Positions 18,669 to 28,951 are shown, counted from the first letter of the stretch. The stretch is DNA of 64,000 nt from an uncultured Methanosarcinales archaeon (GCA_964581515.1 CAZOOV010000005.1:75025-139024); one strand, 5' to 3'. Notes: a model not told the origin generated them from the sequence alone. Numbers and translations: made by a program.

Positions 18669-20654
18669 TTGAACTTGGATAATATGCTCGAAGAACGAAT
18701 TAAAGCCCTGACTTCTTTTTGTAAGAAATACAAGAGTACAATAAAATATAGTGCAATGGTCGCTTCTTTGCCATTATTATTCTCATTCTATTATTCTGAG
18801 GGCATTGCACAGAGGTTAACAATTAAAAGCAAGATTGAAAAAGCAAAAAAAGAAAATAGAGAGATTAGATCAATACATAAAGGCAATCTATTAAAACCAG
18901 AAATTAAGAATTGCATAGAGATAATTGATTCTGACACAAGAGAGTTTAAAGAAGAATATCATCCTTCAAAAAGGATGGAACATCATTATCTTCTTACTTT
19001 ACCAATCATATTAGGTGCATTATATGCCTTATCTAAAAAAGGGCCATATGATAAACTCTTAGGAGAACTAAGTACTAATGAGAAAGTTATCCGTACAGGG
19101 ATAGAACTTGGAGTAACAGGGGCAACTTTTGCTGTTTTCAAAGAACCTTTAAGCATGTTAGAACCTATGCCCTTTCTTTGTGTTGGAGCTATGATCCCTA
19201 GTTTTACAGTACCATTTACCATGATGACTTTCAACAAGTATAAAATATGGCAGAGATATAGAAAAGCAAAACAAGAAGGAAATAATAACGAAATTGCTTA
19301 TAGATTTTACAATTATCTACATCTGGAAAAAGAAGCAAAAAGTGCTCTTCAATCAGGAGACTTATCAAAAGCTGCACAGATATTACATGAAAAAGCTAGA
19401 ATAGAAAGAGGACTTGACGACACAGAGAGAAAATGCTTTAGTTATTATCAAAATAATATTGGAAAAGAATTAATGCATATTTTCTCAAGAAGAAATGCTC
19501 GAAAAAATCCTAATTATGAAAATTATCTTAGATTATTGCTAAATGATCTGAAAGCAATTGATACCCCTGTTGTTAATGATCTGGAAGAAGCAATACAAAA
19601 ATTACCAAAAAAAGAACTTGAACTTAAATTGATAGCAGGAGCATTGACTACTGATAATGATAAGAAAAAGAAATGGTGGTCTGATGTATATAAGATATTA
19701 GATAATGGAGGCAAAATTAAACCAGTAGATGAAAAAAGTAAGAATGAAGTGGGTTTTGCAGATTGTGATACATTAGGAGTAAGATTTGTTGTCAAAAGAC
19801 AAGATTATGATTCACATAAAAAAGAAATTGAGCAAACAAGAGTAAGATACGAGAATATGACAAATAACAGAAGAATAGTAATCCCTGAAGTAGTGCATGA
19901 ATTTGAAGATGGCAAAAAAGGAGTATTTATCAGCACAAGACTCTATGGAGAAAGTTTTTATGATTTCTTAAGAGGTATGCCTACAAAACAACAGATACTA
20001 TGGTTGAGATATGCATTAGATGGAGGACATGAAGCTGCCAAATATAGCAATTGTTCCTGTAATGAGAACAGACATGAAAAAACAGCACAAGATATTGAAA
20101 AACTTGTTATGATTGAAAGAGAAATAAGAAAAGAGCTTTCTACTAATATTTGCGCTTGTCTGAGATATGTTGATATGTTTGAACCAATTTGTGATATGGA
20201 TCTAATAAAGGATAATTTTCTTGTTTTAGATGATGAAAAGATTGCATTAATAGATCATGAAGAGAGAAAAATAAGTGATCCAAGTTATATGCTAATTAAA
20301 TTATTAGAGTATAAACCCACCATAGATTATAGCGAAGAAGGAGTAGAAGCAAGAAATGAGTTAATACATCATCATTTTACATCATTAGGATATAATTTAG
20401 ATGAAAGAATTATGGAAGCACACTACTATCATTCTGTTGTATTGAAAGCAATAAGCTATCTCGGTTTTTCAGAAGGAATGGAAGGAAAAAAAGAAGTAAG
20501 AAGAGGTTATTTGAATGGTGCAGAAAAAGCGCTAGAACTTGTTGTAAATAGATATAGTAGTGGACAGAGCAATGAACAAATAAGACAGATTCATGCTGTT
20601 TTTAAAAGTATAAAGAGAATTAAAACCCAGTTAGGATTTGCTATTCTAACGTAA
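18669..20654 (+). CDS. membrane-anchored protein with C-terminal protein-kinase-like/aminoglycoside-phosphotransferase-like fold
   Basis: 661 aa. Four hydrophobic helices in the first 200 aa. C-terminal region has a kinase-like catalytic loop DMDLIKDNFLV (cf. HGDLHPGNIL / D-L-K-x-x-N) followed by IALIDHE (cf. IDFG / IDWE). Confidence 0.45.
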   Translation: MNLDNMLEERIKALTSFCKKYKSTIKYSAMVASLPLLFSFYYSEGIAQRLTIKSKIEKAKKENREIRSIHKGNLLKPEIKNCIEIIDSDTREFKEEYHPSKRMEHHYLLTLPIILGALYALSKKGPYDKLLGELSTNEKVIRTGIELGVTGATFAVFKEPLSMLEPMPFLCVGAMIPSFTVPFTMMTFNKYKIWQRYRKAKQEGNNNEIAYRFYNYLHLEKEAKSALQSGDLSKAAQILHEKARIERGLDDTERKCFSYYQNNIGKELMHIFSRRNARKNPNYENYLRLLLNDLKAIDTPVVNDLEEAIQKLPKKELELKLIAGALTTDNDKKKKWWSDVYKILDNGGKIKPVDEKSKNEVGFADCDTLGVRFVVKRQDYDSHKKEIEQTRVRYENMTNNRRIVIPEVVHEFEDGKKGVFISTRLYGESFYDFLRGMPTKQQILWLRYALDGGHEAAKYSNCSCNENRHEKTAQDIEKLVMIEREIRKELSTNICACLRYVDMFEPICDMDLIKDNFLVLDDEKIALIDHEERKISDPSYMLIKLLEYKPTIDYSEEGVEARNELIHHHFTSLGYNLDERIMEAHYYHSVVLKAISYLGFSEGMEGKKEVRRGYLNGAEKALELVVNRYSSGQSNEQIRQIHAVFKSIKRIKTQLGFAILT

Positions 20655-20696
20655 ATAGAAAACTATAAATAGTCTCATATTTGAAATTTAAATATA

Positions 20697-21266
20697 ATGG
20701 TTAATCAGAAGGTAGTTGATTATATCAAAACACATATGGCAAAAGGGTATTCCGGCCAACAATTAAAGGATTTCTTAGTAAAAAATGGTTATAAAGAAAG
20801 CGATATAGATGAAGCTTTGAAATCTGCTATGCAAGAACCAGGAAGTGTTCCAACACCACCTGAACAGCAAAATGGTCCAGATATGAAGAATAAAGGTAAT
20901 ATCAGTCAAGGTAATGATAATACTTCTCAAACTCAAATAGAGCCCACTGGCGGTTTTAAGAGAAGAGAACCATTGATTGTAATGTTGTTAGGATTCATTA
21001 CATTTGGCATATATAACTTATATTGGCTAGTTTCAACATCAAATGAACTTCGAAGAAATAATATTGATGTACTAAGCCCTTGGCTCTTATTTCTTATGTT
21101 AATCCCAGGAGTTAATCTAATAATCATGTTAATATATCTTTGGAAGTACTGCAAAGGCATCAATAAATTAACTGGACATGGTGCTGGACTCTTATTCTTT
21201 CTGTACTTAATAATCAGTCCTCTTGCTATGAGTTTATGCCAGATAGAGATAAACAAAAAAGCTTAG
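20697..21266 (+). CDS. membrane protein, DUF4234-like C-terminal domain with soluble N-terminal domain
   Basis: 189 aa. C-terminal half has two hydrophobic helices with the LYWLVSTSNELRR pattern seen in small DUF4234-type membrane proteins. Confidence 0.35.
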   Translation: MVNQKVVDYIKTHMAKGYSGQQLKDFLVKNGYKESDIDEALKSAMQEPGSVPTPPEQQNGPDMKNKGNISQGNDNTSQTQIEPTGGFKRREPLIVMLLGFITFGIYNLYWLVSTSNELRRNNIDVLSPWLLFLMLIPGVNLIIMLIYLWKYCKGINKLTGHGAGLLFFLYLIISPLAMSLCQIEINKKA

Positions 21267-21307
21267 TAGAGATAAACTATATAAATATAGTCTGAATTCT
21301 GAGATAT

Positions 21308-21592
21308 ATGGAAGTTGATAAAGAATTACTAGAAAAAGTAGCAACTGTCGCAAGACTTAAGTTAAGTAAGGAAGAAATAGATGAATTTATACCTCAAGTC
21401 AAAGATATTCTAGATTATTTCTCTGTACTGGAGAAAGTTGATACTAAAGATGTAAAGCCTTCATTTCAACCTATTGAACTTAAAAATAGATTACGTGAAG
21501 ATGTAGTCTCTGAACCATTATCTCAAGAAAAAGCACTAAAAAATTCAAAACAGAGCCAAGATGGATATTTTAAAGGCCCTAAAGCGGTTTAA
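21308..21592 (+). CDS. gatC: Asp/Glu-tRNA amidotransferase subunit C
   Basis: 94 aa. N-terminal KVATVARLKLSKEEIDEF pattern of GatC; immediately upstream of gatA. Confidence 0.75.
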   Translation: MEVDKELLEKVATVARLKLSKEEIDEFIPQVKDILDYFSVLEKVDTKDVKPSFQPIELKNRLREDVVSEPLSQEKALKNSKQSQDGYFKGPKAV

Positions 21593-21608
21593 ATAACAGA
21601 TAACTAAA

Positions 21609-22964
21609 ATGACAGATGAATTAATCATAAAAGCAATTGAAGAAGCAAAGAAGCTTAATGAAGAATATAATTTCTTCAATACTATTTGTGAAAAGCCTCT
21701 TGAAAAAGAGCTTGGTAAAGGAAAATTAAGTGGATATGTAGTTTCTGTCAAAGACGCAATTAATGTAAAAGGAGTAGAAAGCACAGCTGGAAGCTCAATC
21801 CTTGATGGATATGAACCATTATTTGATGCTACTGCTGTTGAGAAAGTCAAGAATGAAGGTGGAATTATAATCGGTAAAGCTTCTCAAGATGCATTTGGTT
21901 TTGGAACATTCAATGCAAATGTTGGTGTAAGGAAAAAAGTTCCTCTAAATCCATTTGATAAAACAAGATCATGTGGAGGAAGCAGCGGAGGGTGCTGTGG
22001 GATAACACAGAAAAGTGAATTAAAACATGTAAGCCTTGGAGAATCAACTGGTGGAAGTATAGTATGTCCTGCAAGTTTTTGCGGAGTTGTTGGACTTTGC
22101 CCTACATACGGACGAATCTCTAGATATGGGCTTATGGATTATGGAAATAGTTTAGACAAGATCGGTCCTGTTGCTAAAAATGTACATGACGCTGCATTAC
22201 TACTAGAAGTTATTTCTGGATTTGATGATAAAGAAAGTACTTGTGCAAAAGCACCAGTTGATGAATATAGTAAATTTGCTGGTAAAGATGTAAAAGATAT
22301 GAAAATTGGAGTTATCAAAGAAGGGTTTGGCGAAGGAGTCAATAAAGAAGTTGCTAAAAAAGTAAAAGAAAAGATAGAAATTCTCAAAAAGAAAGGTGTA
22401 GAAGTTGAAGAAGTCTCAGTACCACTTAGTTCTGAGCATAGTTTGCCAGTTTATTATATACTCGCTATGTGTGAAGCATCTACAAATCTTGCAAGATACT
22501 GCGGTATGAGATATGGTGTTGCAACAGATCCGCTAAAAAAGAGTTTTAATGATTATTTTTCAGGAGTCAGAAGTGAAAATCTGAATAAAGAATCAAAGAG
22601 AAGAATCATGATTGGAACTTTTGCAAGGATGGCTGGTTTTAGGGATGCATATTATATTAAGGCTGCAAAAATAAGAACTATGATAATTAATGAATATAAG
22701 AAACTATTTGAGAAATATGACGCACTAATCTGTCCAACAATGCCAGTTATTGCTCCAAAGTTTGATGATATTGAAAAATTAACTCCTCTTGAGAATTATA
22801 TGATGGACATATTAACAGTGGGACCTAATCTTGCTGGACTACCACATATAACAATCCCATCAGGATTTACTCAAGAAATGCCAGTGGGAACAATGCTTAT
22901 AGGAGATCATTTTGAAGAGAAAAAAATAATACAATTAGGAAGTGCTATTGAAAATGAAGAATGA
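21609..22964 (+). CDS. gatA: Asp/Glu-tRNA amidotransferase subunit A (amidase signature family)
   Basis: 451 aa. Amidase signature GGSSGGCCG, Ser-cisSer-Lys triad context. Confidence 0.9.
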   Translation: MTDELIIKAIEEAKKLNEEYNFFNTICEKPLEKELGKGKLSGYVVSVKDAINVKGVESTAGSSILDGYEPLFDATAVEKVKNEGGIIIGKASQDAFGFGTFNANVGVRKKVPLNPFDKTRSCGGSSGGCCGITQKSELKHVSLGESTGGSIVCPASFCGVVGLCPTYGRISRYGLMDYGNSLDKIGPVAKNVHDAALLLEVISGFDDKESTCAKAPVDEYSKFAGKDVKDMKIGVIKEGFGEGVNKEVAKKVKEKIEILKKKGVEVEEVSVPLSSEHSLPVYYILAMCEASTNLARYCGMRYGVATDPLKKSFNDYFSGVRSENLNKESKRRIMIGTFARMAGFRDAYYIKAAKIRTMIINEYKKLFEKYDALICPTMPVIAPKFDDIEKLTPLENYMMDILTVGPNLAGLPHITIPSGFTQEMPVGTMLIGDHFEEKKIIQLGSAIENEE

Positions 22965-23331
22965 ATTCCCTTCATTTATTGATTTCATAGAAGATAACTT
23001 CAAGAAGTGCCCATGGACTGGCAGCAGAAAGATAGAAGACTTCAAAAAAGAAGTGATCGATGAAGCAAATGAAGTCGCTAAAGCTATAGATAACAAAGAT
23101 TATGATAACCTAAAAGAAGAAATCGGTGATCTGCTCTGGGATACAATAACCTTAGCAAAGATTGCAGAGAAAGAAGGGCATTTCAATTCAGAAGATATAC
23201 TTAAAGAAATTAAGAAGAAAATAAACAGAAGAAAACCATATCTTGAGACAGGAGAAAAAGTAACTGTTGAAGAAGCAGTTGAGATATGGAAAAAAGTCAA
23301 AGAACAAGAGAAAGCAGATAAGAATAAATAA
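22942..23331 (+). CDS. MazG-like nucleoside triphosphate pyrophosphohydrolase
   Basis: 129 aa. EEIGDLLWDTITLAKIAEKEG matches the MazG EExGDLL motif. Start overlaps the gatA end by 23 nt. Confidence 0.7.
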   Translation: MLLKMKNEFPSFIDFIEDNFKKCPWTGSRKIEDFKKEVIDEANEVAKAIDNKDYDNLKEEIGDLLWDTITLAKIAEKEGHFNSEDILKEIKKKINRRKPYLETGEKVTVEEAVEIWKKVKEQEKADKNK

Positions 23332-23344
23332 AAGGAATTAACAA

Positions 23345-24763
23345 ATGAGCGATAAATTCACATCAGATATTGTAATAGGACTTGAGATCCACATAGAGCT
23401 TAATACAAACAGTAAGCTTTTTTGTAGTTGTCCTACTAAAGGAAGTGAAGATCCAAATACTAGAACTTGCCCTGTTTGTTTAGGACATCCTGGAAGTAAA
23501 CCAGTATTGAATGCTAAGGCTGTTGAGTTTGCTATAAAACTAGGACTTGCATTAAACTGCAAGATTGATAAAGAATTGGTATTTAGCAGAAAGAGTTATT
23601 TCTATCCGGACATGGCAAAGAATTATCAGATTACACAATATGAACAACCATTATGTGTAGGAGGATTTCTACAGCTCAAAAATGGCAAAAAGGTAAATCT
23701 TACAAGAATACATATGGAAGAAGATCCTGCAGCATTAGTACATCCTTCAGGAATGCACGGTTCTGAATATGTCTTAGTCGACTATAACAGAAGTGGAAAT
23801 CCCTTATGTGAAATTGTTACAGAGCCTGATATGACTTCTCCTGAAGAAGCAAGGGAATTTATGAAGAAATTAATTACAGTACTTGAATATCTAGAGATAT
23901 TTGATGTAAATGAAGGAATAATAAAAGCAGATGCAAACATATCAATCAAAGAATCAGGTTATATAAGAAGCGAAGTAAAGAATGTAACTGGATTTAAAGA
24001 GATTGAAAGGGCACTAATGTATGAAGTTGAAAGACAAAAAAGAGCTGCTAAAGATAATGAGCCTTTTGTTCAAGATACCAGAAGCTGGGATCCGGATGTC
24101 GGGATAAGCAAGAGAATGAGAACAAAAGAAACAGAAGAAGATTATGGTTATATTATTGATCCTGACCTTGTCGTTACTGAGATAACTGAAGAGATGGTAT
24201 CTTCAATCAAGGAAAAGATGCCTGAAATGGCAGATGAAAAACACAGCAAATTCAAAGACCAAGGAGTTGCCGATGATAATGCTGAGATTATATCAAAAGA
24301 TAAGGGACTGGCTAAAATATATGAAATGATTTCAAAAGAGATTGATGCAGAAAAAGCATCTAAATGGGCTAGACGTGATTTAATGAAAGCATTAAATTAT
24401 CATAAGAAGAGCACATCTGATTTAGATACAAATAAGGTTATTCCTAAATTTATTAAGATACTTAAGGCTGAAACTGGGGGGATGATAACTCCTAAAGTCG
24501 CTTTTATGGCGACATCTTCTGTTGTAGCTGATTCTGAATTTGACGTTGATTCTGAACTTGAAAAGAATAAGAGTGTAGATGATGATTCTGCTATAGAAGA
24601 TATGTGTAAAGAAGTAATTAAAGAACAATCAGCAGCAGTTGAACAAGTGAAAGCTGGTGAAGAGAAAGGAATCAATTTCCTGATAGGGCAAGTTATGAGA
24701 AAGAGCCAAGGGAAAGCTAATGCTGGCAAAGTTAAAGAACTTATGTTAAAACTGATTAAGTAA
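23345..24763 (+). CDS. gatB: Asp/Glu-tRNA amidotransferase subunit B
   Basis: 472 aa. GatB/GatE N-terminus IGLEIHIELNTNSKLFCSCP, C-terminal GatB/YqeY-like domain. Confidence 0.9.
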   Translation: MSDKFTSDIVIGLEIHIELNTNSKLFCSCPTKGSEDPNTRTCPVCLGHPGSKPVLNAKAVEFAIKLGLALNCKIDKELVFSRKSYFYPDMAKNYQITQYEQPLCVGGFLQLKNGKKVNLTRIHMEEDPAALVHPSGMHGSEYVLVDYNRSGNPLCEIVTEPDMTSPEEAREFMKKLITVLEYLEIFDVNEGIIKADANISIKESGYIRSEVKNVTGFKEIERALMYEVERQKRAAKDNEPFVQDTRSWDPDVGISKRMRTKETEEDYGYIIDPDLVVTEITEEMVSSIKEKMPEMADEKHSKFKDQGVADDNAEIISKDKGLAKIYEMISKEIDAEKASKWARRDLMKALNYHKKSTSDLDTNKVIPKFIKILKAETGGMITPKVAFMATSSVVADSEFDVDSELEKNKSVDDDSAIEDMCKEVIKEQSAAVEQVKAGEEKGINFLIGQVMRKSQGKANAGKVKELMLKLIK

Positions 24764-25603
24764 ATGATAGGAATTATATTTGCATTAGGAGCAGCTGTTT
24801 CTTCAGGTGTTGGAAGAGTATTACATAGGCATTTACTGCCCAAACATGATTTAATTGCATATTCTTTTGTATTTCATGTATTAGTTGCATTATTCTTATT
24901 CCCATATTTCATAATCAGTTTCTCATTACCATCAACAATAACTGCCTGGTGGTATGTTATTATCTCTGGCATATTATGGATATTAATAACTATAGCAAGC
25001 TTTAAAGCTTTTCAACTGCTTGAAGTATCAGTAAAGGTGGTTGTAGATAAATTAAGAATAATATTCGTACTACTTTTTGGAATATTCATATTCAATGAAT
25101 CAGTCAGTATTGAAAAATTACTAGGAACAATGCTTATATTCGGAGGAGTTATCTTTATTTCCTATTCAAAGCATGCAAAAAAGATTCAGAAAAAAGGACT
25201 CATGTATGCATTTATATCAACAATTCTTATCGCAATAGTTACATTTGTAGATAAACATGCAATTAACTTTTTCAATCCAGGGATGTTTGCTTTCTTCAGC
25301 TTCTTTACACCTCTTTTCTTCTTTGGTCCACTAAGCCTAAATAAGAGAAAAGAAGTAATCAAATTATGGAAACATTGGCATTATATATTAGCAGTAGGAA
25401 TCACTGCAGGGTTATATTATGTTTTTGTCTTATTTGCTTATAAGCACATAGATGCATCAATAGTTATCCCTATTGTTGAAATCAGCGTGTTAATAACATG
25501 TATCGGAGGTATTATTTTTTTGCATGAGAAAAAAAATATATGGAGAAAAGTTATTTCTGCTCTGATTGTCATTGCAGGAGCTATAATTCTTAGCCTACAT
25601 TAA
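24764..25603 (+). CDS. EamA/DMT-family transporter
   Basis: 279 aa, about ten hydrophobic helices in the two-repeat DMT pattern; starts at the gatB stop. Confidence 0.55.
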   Translation: MIGIIFALGAAVSSGVGRVLHRHLLPKHDLIAYSFVFHVLVALFLFPYFIISFSLPSTITAWWYVIISGILWILITIASFKAFQLLEVSVKVVVDKLRIIFVLLFGIFIFNESVSIEKLLGTMLIFGGVIFISYSKHAKKIQKKGLMYAFISTILIAIVTFVDKHAINFFNPGMFAFFSFFTPLFFFGPLSLNKRKEVIKLWKHWHYILAVGITAGLYYVFVLFAYKHIDASIVIPIVEISVLITCIGGIIFLHEKKNIWRKVISALIVIAGAIILSLH

Positions 25604-25630
25604 TAATTATTAAGTATATTAGAAATCTAT

Positions 25631-26371
25631 TTAATTACAGGAATCCCACATGAATTGAAAGAATTTTCTATATCCATCAGCGAGTTTCTGGCTTTTCATA
25701 ACAAACTGTATTGGTTCATCTGGAAGCTGGCCTGGCTGAACACCTATAAAAGTAACAACATAAGGTCCAAAGATATCGACCATTGTTGGACTGGAATAAT
25801 CTTTAGGAAGAAACTTATATGGTTTTCCTACAAATTTTAATATATCTGGCATTTCTTTTTTGACTTCCTGATCAAAAATATGCTTAAATTTAATTCCAAG
25901 TTTTTTACGTTCTCTTTGAAAATGAGGGAGAAAATGCTTTAATCGAGGATCAAGCCACATTGCTTTTGCCCCAATAAAATAAACTGTCTCTTTTGTCTTT
26001 AGAATTAGATTTAGATAATTCTTAACACCTTCAATACCTTTATAGATATATGCCTCTTCTTTTTCATCAATTGCTTGATACCTGGCCTGCATTTCAGGCA
26101 TGAAATTATTCACTTTTTCTTCTTTCTCTTTCAAGAGACTAAGAAGTTTTTGGGGGTTTGCGGGCTTAAAGTTCTTCTCGCCTTTTACAAACACTTCAGA
26201 AGCAAGACCTTTCTCTATAAGCTTGCTGAGAGCATCATACACATTCCTCCTATGTACGCTAGATTCAAGAGAGATGGATTGAACAGAAGATTCACCTATC
26301 TTAAGTAGAGCTTCATACACCCTTGATTCATTAGGGCTTAAACCCACATCCCTAAACAATTCTTCATACAT
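25631..26371 (-). CDS. TrmB-family transcriptional regulator
   Basis: 246 aa. N-terminal wHTH LSPNESRVYEALLKIGESSVQSISLESSVHRRNVYDALSKLIEKGL typical of TrmB. Confidence 0.7.
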   Translation of the reverse strand: MYEELFRDVGLSPNESRVYEALLKIGESSVQSISLESSVHRRNVYDALSKLIEKGLASEVFVKGEKNFKPANPQKLLSLLKEKEEKVNNFMPEMQARYQAIDEKEEAYIYKGIEGVKNYLNLILKTKETVYFIGAKAMWLDPRLKHFLPHFQRERKKLGIKFKHIFDQEVKKEMPDILKFVGKPYKFLPKDYSSPTMVDIFGPYVVTFIGVQPGQLPDEPIQFVMKSQKLADGYRKFFQFMWDSCN

Positions 26372-26503
26372 AATATTTTATAGGCACTATATATTTATAT
26401 GTTTTTGGGCATTTTGGTGATAATTACCACCACCAAAGTATATATAATTAAGAGGTTTTGCTACTAAATAGGTGTTTTTTGACTTCTAAGGTAGTTATAC
26501 GAG

Positions 26504-26833
26504 GTGAGAAGAATGACGTATAAAATAAAATGCAATATAGGAGGAGTAAAGTTCAGATACAAAGAGGATAATTTAGAAAACATAACGGGCAGATTTGCCG
26601 AAGAATACAGAAAAGGGATACAAAAACAGAAGATATATTCGGGGATCGGAATCCTTGCAGATATTGGATTTGGATGCTTACTCGCTGCATATGAAGGAAA
26701 TAGTGCAATAGAAGCAATGGGTTGGTTTGCTATAGGTGGCAATCTTATGATAGATTTTAACAAGTTTGTAAGTGCATATAGCGCTGAATTAAGAGAGAAA
26801 ACTAAAAAGGTGATGCAATATGGAACTGACTAG
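26504..26833 (+). CDS. small hypothetical protein with central hydrophobic segment
   Basis: 109 aa (probable start at MTYKIKC). First gene of a three-ORF overlapping cassette; no recognisable family. Confidence 0.35.
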   Translation: MRRMTYKIKCNIGGVKFRYKEDNLENITGRFAEEYRKGIQKQKIYSGIGILADIGFGCLLAAYEGNSAIEAMGWFAIGGNLMIDFNKFVSAYSAELREKTKKVMQYGTD

Positions 26834-27296
26834 TTTTCATAATGAATATCGGATAAGAAGTAATGAAGTACACCATAATGCATGGGGTAAATTAAGTGCA
26901 TCCCCCAGGAGGATAAGAAGTAGTTTTTTAACAGATCTAAATGATTATTATAAAAGACCTCAAATGGTAACTGTGAAAATAGGAGGATTACAATATGGAC
27001 CATATTGGGATTATCCTTGCAAAGACAAAATGTTAGGTACTGCGGAAGAAAGCTTAGGTGTTGAATTAAGTGATAAACTAGCAGAAGAATTTTCAGATTT
27101 ATCAATAATCATGGAATTTGATATCCATTTGCAAGATAAATACTATAAAGCAGAAAATGGAGAAGCAAGAGAATTAGTAAGACCATACATAATGGAATTC
27201 TTTGATTATATGAGAGAAGACCTAAGGAAAAATAAAGAAATAATCATGAAGATTGATGAAGGAGGTATAAAAAATGAAAGTAGCAGAAAACGTTAA
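26820..27296 (+). CDS. hypothetical soluble protein
   Basis: 158 aa. 14-nt overlap with the upstream ORF; no recognisable motifs. Confidence 0.35.
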   Translation: MELTSFHNEYRIRSNEVHHNAWGKLSASPRRIRSSFLTDLNDYYKRPQMVTVKIGGLQYGPYWDYPCKDKMLGTAEESLGVELSDKLAEEFSDLSIIMEFDIHLQDKYYKAENGEARELVRPYIMEFFDYMREDLRKNKEIIMKIDEGGIKNESSRKR

Positions 27297-27483
27297 TATT
27301 GATACATTCCTAGAAAGAGTGAAAGGAACATATATGGGGAATAATTATGTCTACCAAGTAAGGGTGCAATTTGATGATGGTGGACCACCTTTAGAACTTA
27401 AATATACAACACAGAAAGGAACAAGTATAGACCAAAGCCTAAGAAAAGGAACAATTGAAAGCAGTACTGATTATTTAGTCTAA
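27274..27483 (+). CDS. small hypothetical protein
   Basis: 69 aa; overlaps the upstream ORF by 23 nt. Confidence 0.3.
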   Translation: MKVAENVNIDTFLERVKGTYMGNNYVYQVRVQFDDGGPPLELKYTTQKGTSIDQSLRKGTIESSTDYLV

Positions 27484-27568
27484 TTGAGAAGGGAGAGTGA
27501 CATAAAGAAAGAAAAGTGCAACCAGGACAATGAAGATGAATTGATGTTATTAGAAATTAAAAAAGAGC

Positions 27569-28813
27569 TTAATCTTTGAGAAGTTCAACATCTTTCAATA
27601 TCCTGTCTTCGTATGTAGCGTTAGTCTCTCCTTCCATTTTTTCTTTGGAAAGCTGACCTATCAGAGACAGGATCATTGACTTCTCATGATCCGTATCAAG
27701 CCCTTCAATCTTAGTCTGGCCAAGATGCTCATCTATCACTTCTTGTTCAAGTATTTCTGGATTGAATGATTTCTTTACTTCTGTAAAGTCGGTTGATGCT
27801 ATAGCAGTAGTATTTTTCATGACAAAATAAGCCCCTTTCTCGTATAAACCGTGCATAATTGTCTTTAAGTCTATATCTAAGAGTTTACCAAGCTTAAGCT
27901 TGCCTTTGAGCCTAATTAGAATAATCTTATCACCTACATCTTTGTCCCTGAATCCTTCATGAAGCTTGAGCTCTACTTGTTCAGGAGTAAGATTAAGACA
28001 ATCTACTTCAACAAATATTGTATCTTTTAATTTAATTGCCTTGTACTCTATATTACCCTCATTATAAATAAAATATCCACCATGTTTTAATTTTTCTAAT
28101 TCTGAGAAAGAATTAGGAAATAATGGGCCTGGATAAATTACATTTTTGTAACCTTCAAAAGATTTATTCTCTATAATATGAACATGCCCTCCTGCGTAAT
28201 AGTCAAATCCTTTTGGAAGGAGGGAAATCGGAGAAGAATCCATTTTAGCAAGATCTTCTGGTTTCAATTCATCAATTGCTGTGTGGAAAAGAAATATCTT
28301 AAAACCTTGTTCAGATTCGAGCAAGGATTGATCAATGGATTCATAATAAGATTTTTCAAGCATGTTCTTCTTTCCAAGCATACCTGTGAGTTTTACTCCT
28401 GTCTTTTTGTCTTCTGTGAAAATAAGTTGTATCTTATTATTTTCGTTATTTTTGTTGTCTTTGTTACCTTCATTATCCTCAATCTGTTTTGCTTTAACTA
28501 CATTTATGAGCATATCAGCATGTTCAAGCACTTCAAGCATAGTCTTTCCAGAAGGAGAATAATCGTGGCTTCCAGGAATGATATAAACAGGAATATTATT
28601 TTGTTTTAATCTTTTCAACTGCTTGACGGTTTCTTTAATAAAATCGATATTTGGCAAAGATGTATTGAAAATATCTCCTGCAATCATAATAAAATCTACA
28701 TTTTCTTCAATACATTCATCTATTGCTTGCTTAAATGCAACAATCGTCAAGCTAGACATCTTTGGCTCTCTCCAACCACCAATATGAAGGTCAGCCATAT
28801 GAGCGAATTTCAT
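27569..28813 (-). CDS. mre11: Mre11-like DNA double-strand-break repair metallophosphoesterase
   Basis: 414 aa. Calcineurin-like phosphoesterase motifs MKFAHMADLHIG, IMIAGDIFN, GSHD, GGHVH. No rad50 adjacent. Confidence 0.7.
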   Translation of the reverse strand: MKFAHMADLHIGGWREPKMSSLTIVAFKQAIDECIEENVDFIMIAGDIFNTSLPNIDFIKETVKQLKRLKQNNIPVYIIPGSHDYSPSGKTMLEVLEHADMLINVVKAKQIEDNEGNKDNKNNENNKIQLIFTEDKKTGVKLTGMLGKKNMLEKSYYESIDQSLLESEQGFKIFLFHTAIDELKPEDLAKMDSSPISLLPKGFDYYAGGHVHIIENKSFEGYKNVIYPGPLFPNSFSELEKLKHGGYFIYNEGNIEYKAIKLKDTIFVEVDCLNLTPEQVELKLHEGFRDKDVGDKIILIRLKGKLKLGKLLDIDLKTIMHGLYEKGAYFVMKNTTAIASTDFTEVKKSFNPEILEQEVIDEHLGQTKIEGLDTDHEKSMILSLIGQLSKEKMEGETNATYEDRILKDVELLKD

Positions 28814-28951
28814 GATAGAAATTGATAACTATAATAGATATATAAAAGGTTTTATGTGAAATGTCTAATGAAAATTTGAGGAAATAAAGAGATCAATAAT
28901 TAAAAAAAATAAATATAATATGAAATAGTAAAAATTAAAAGAATCAACTAA

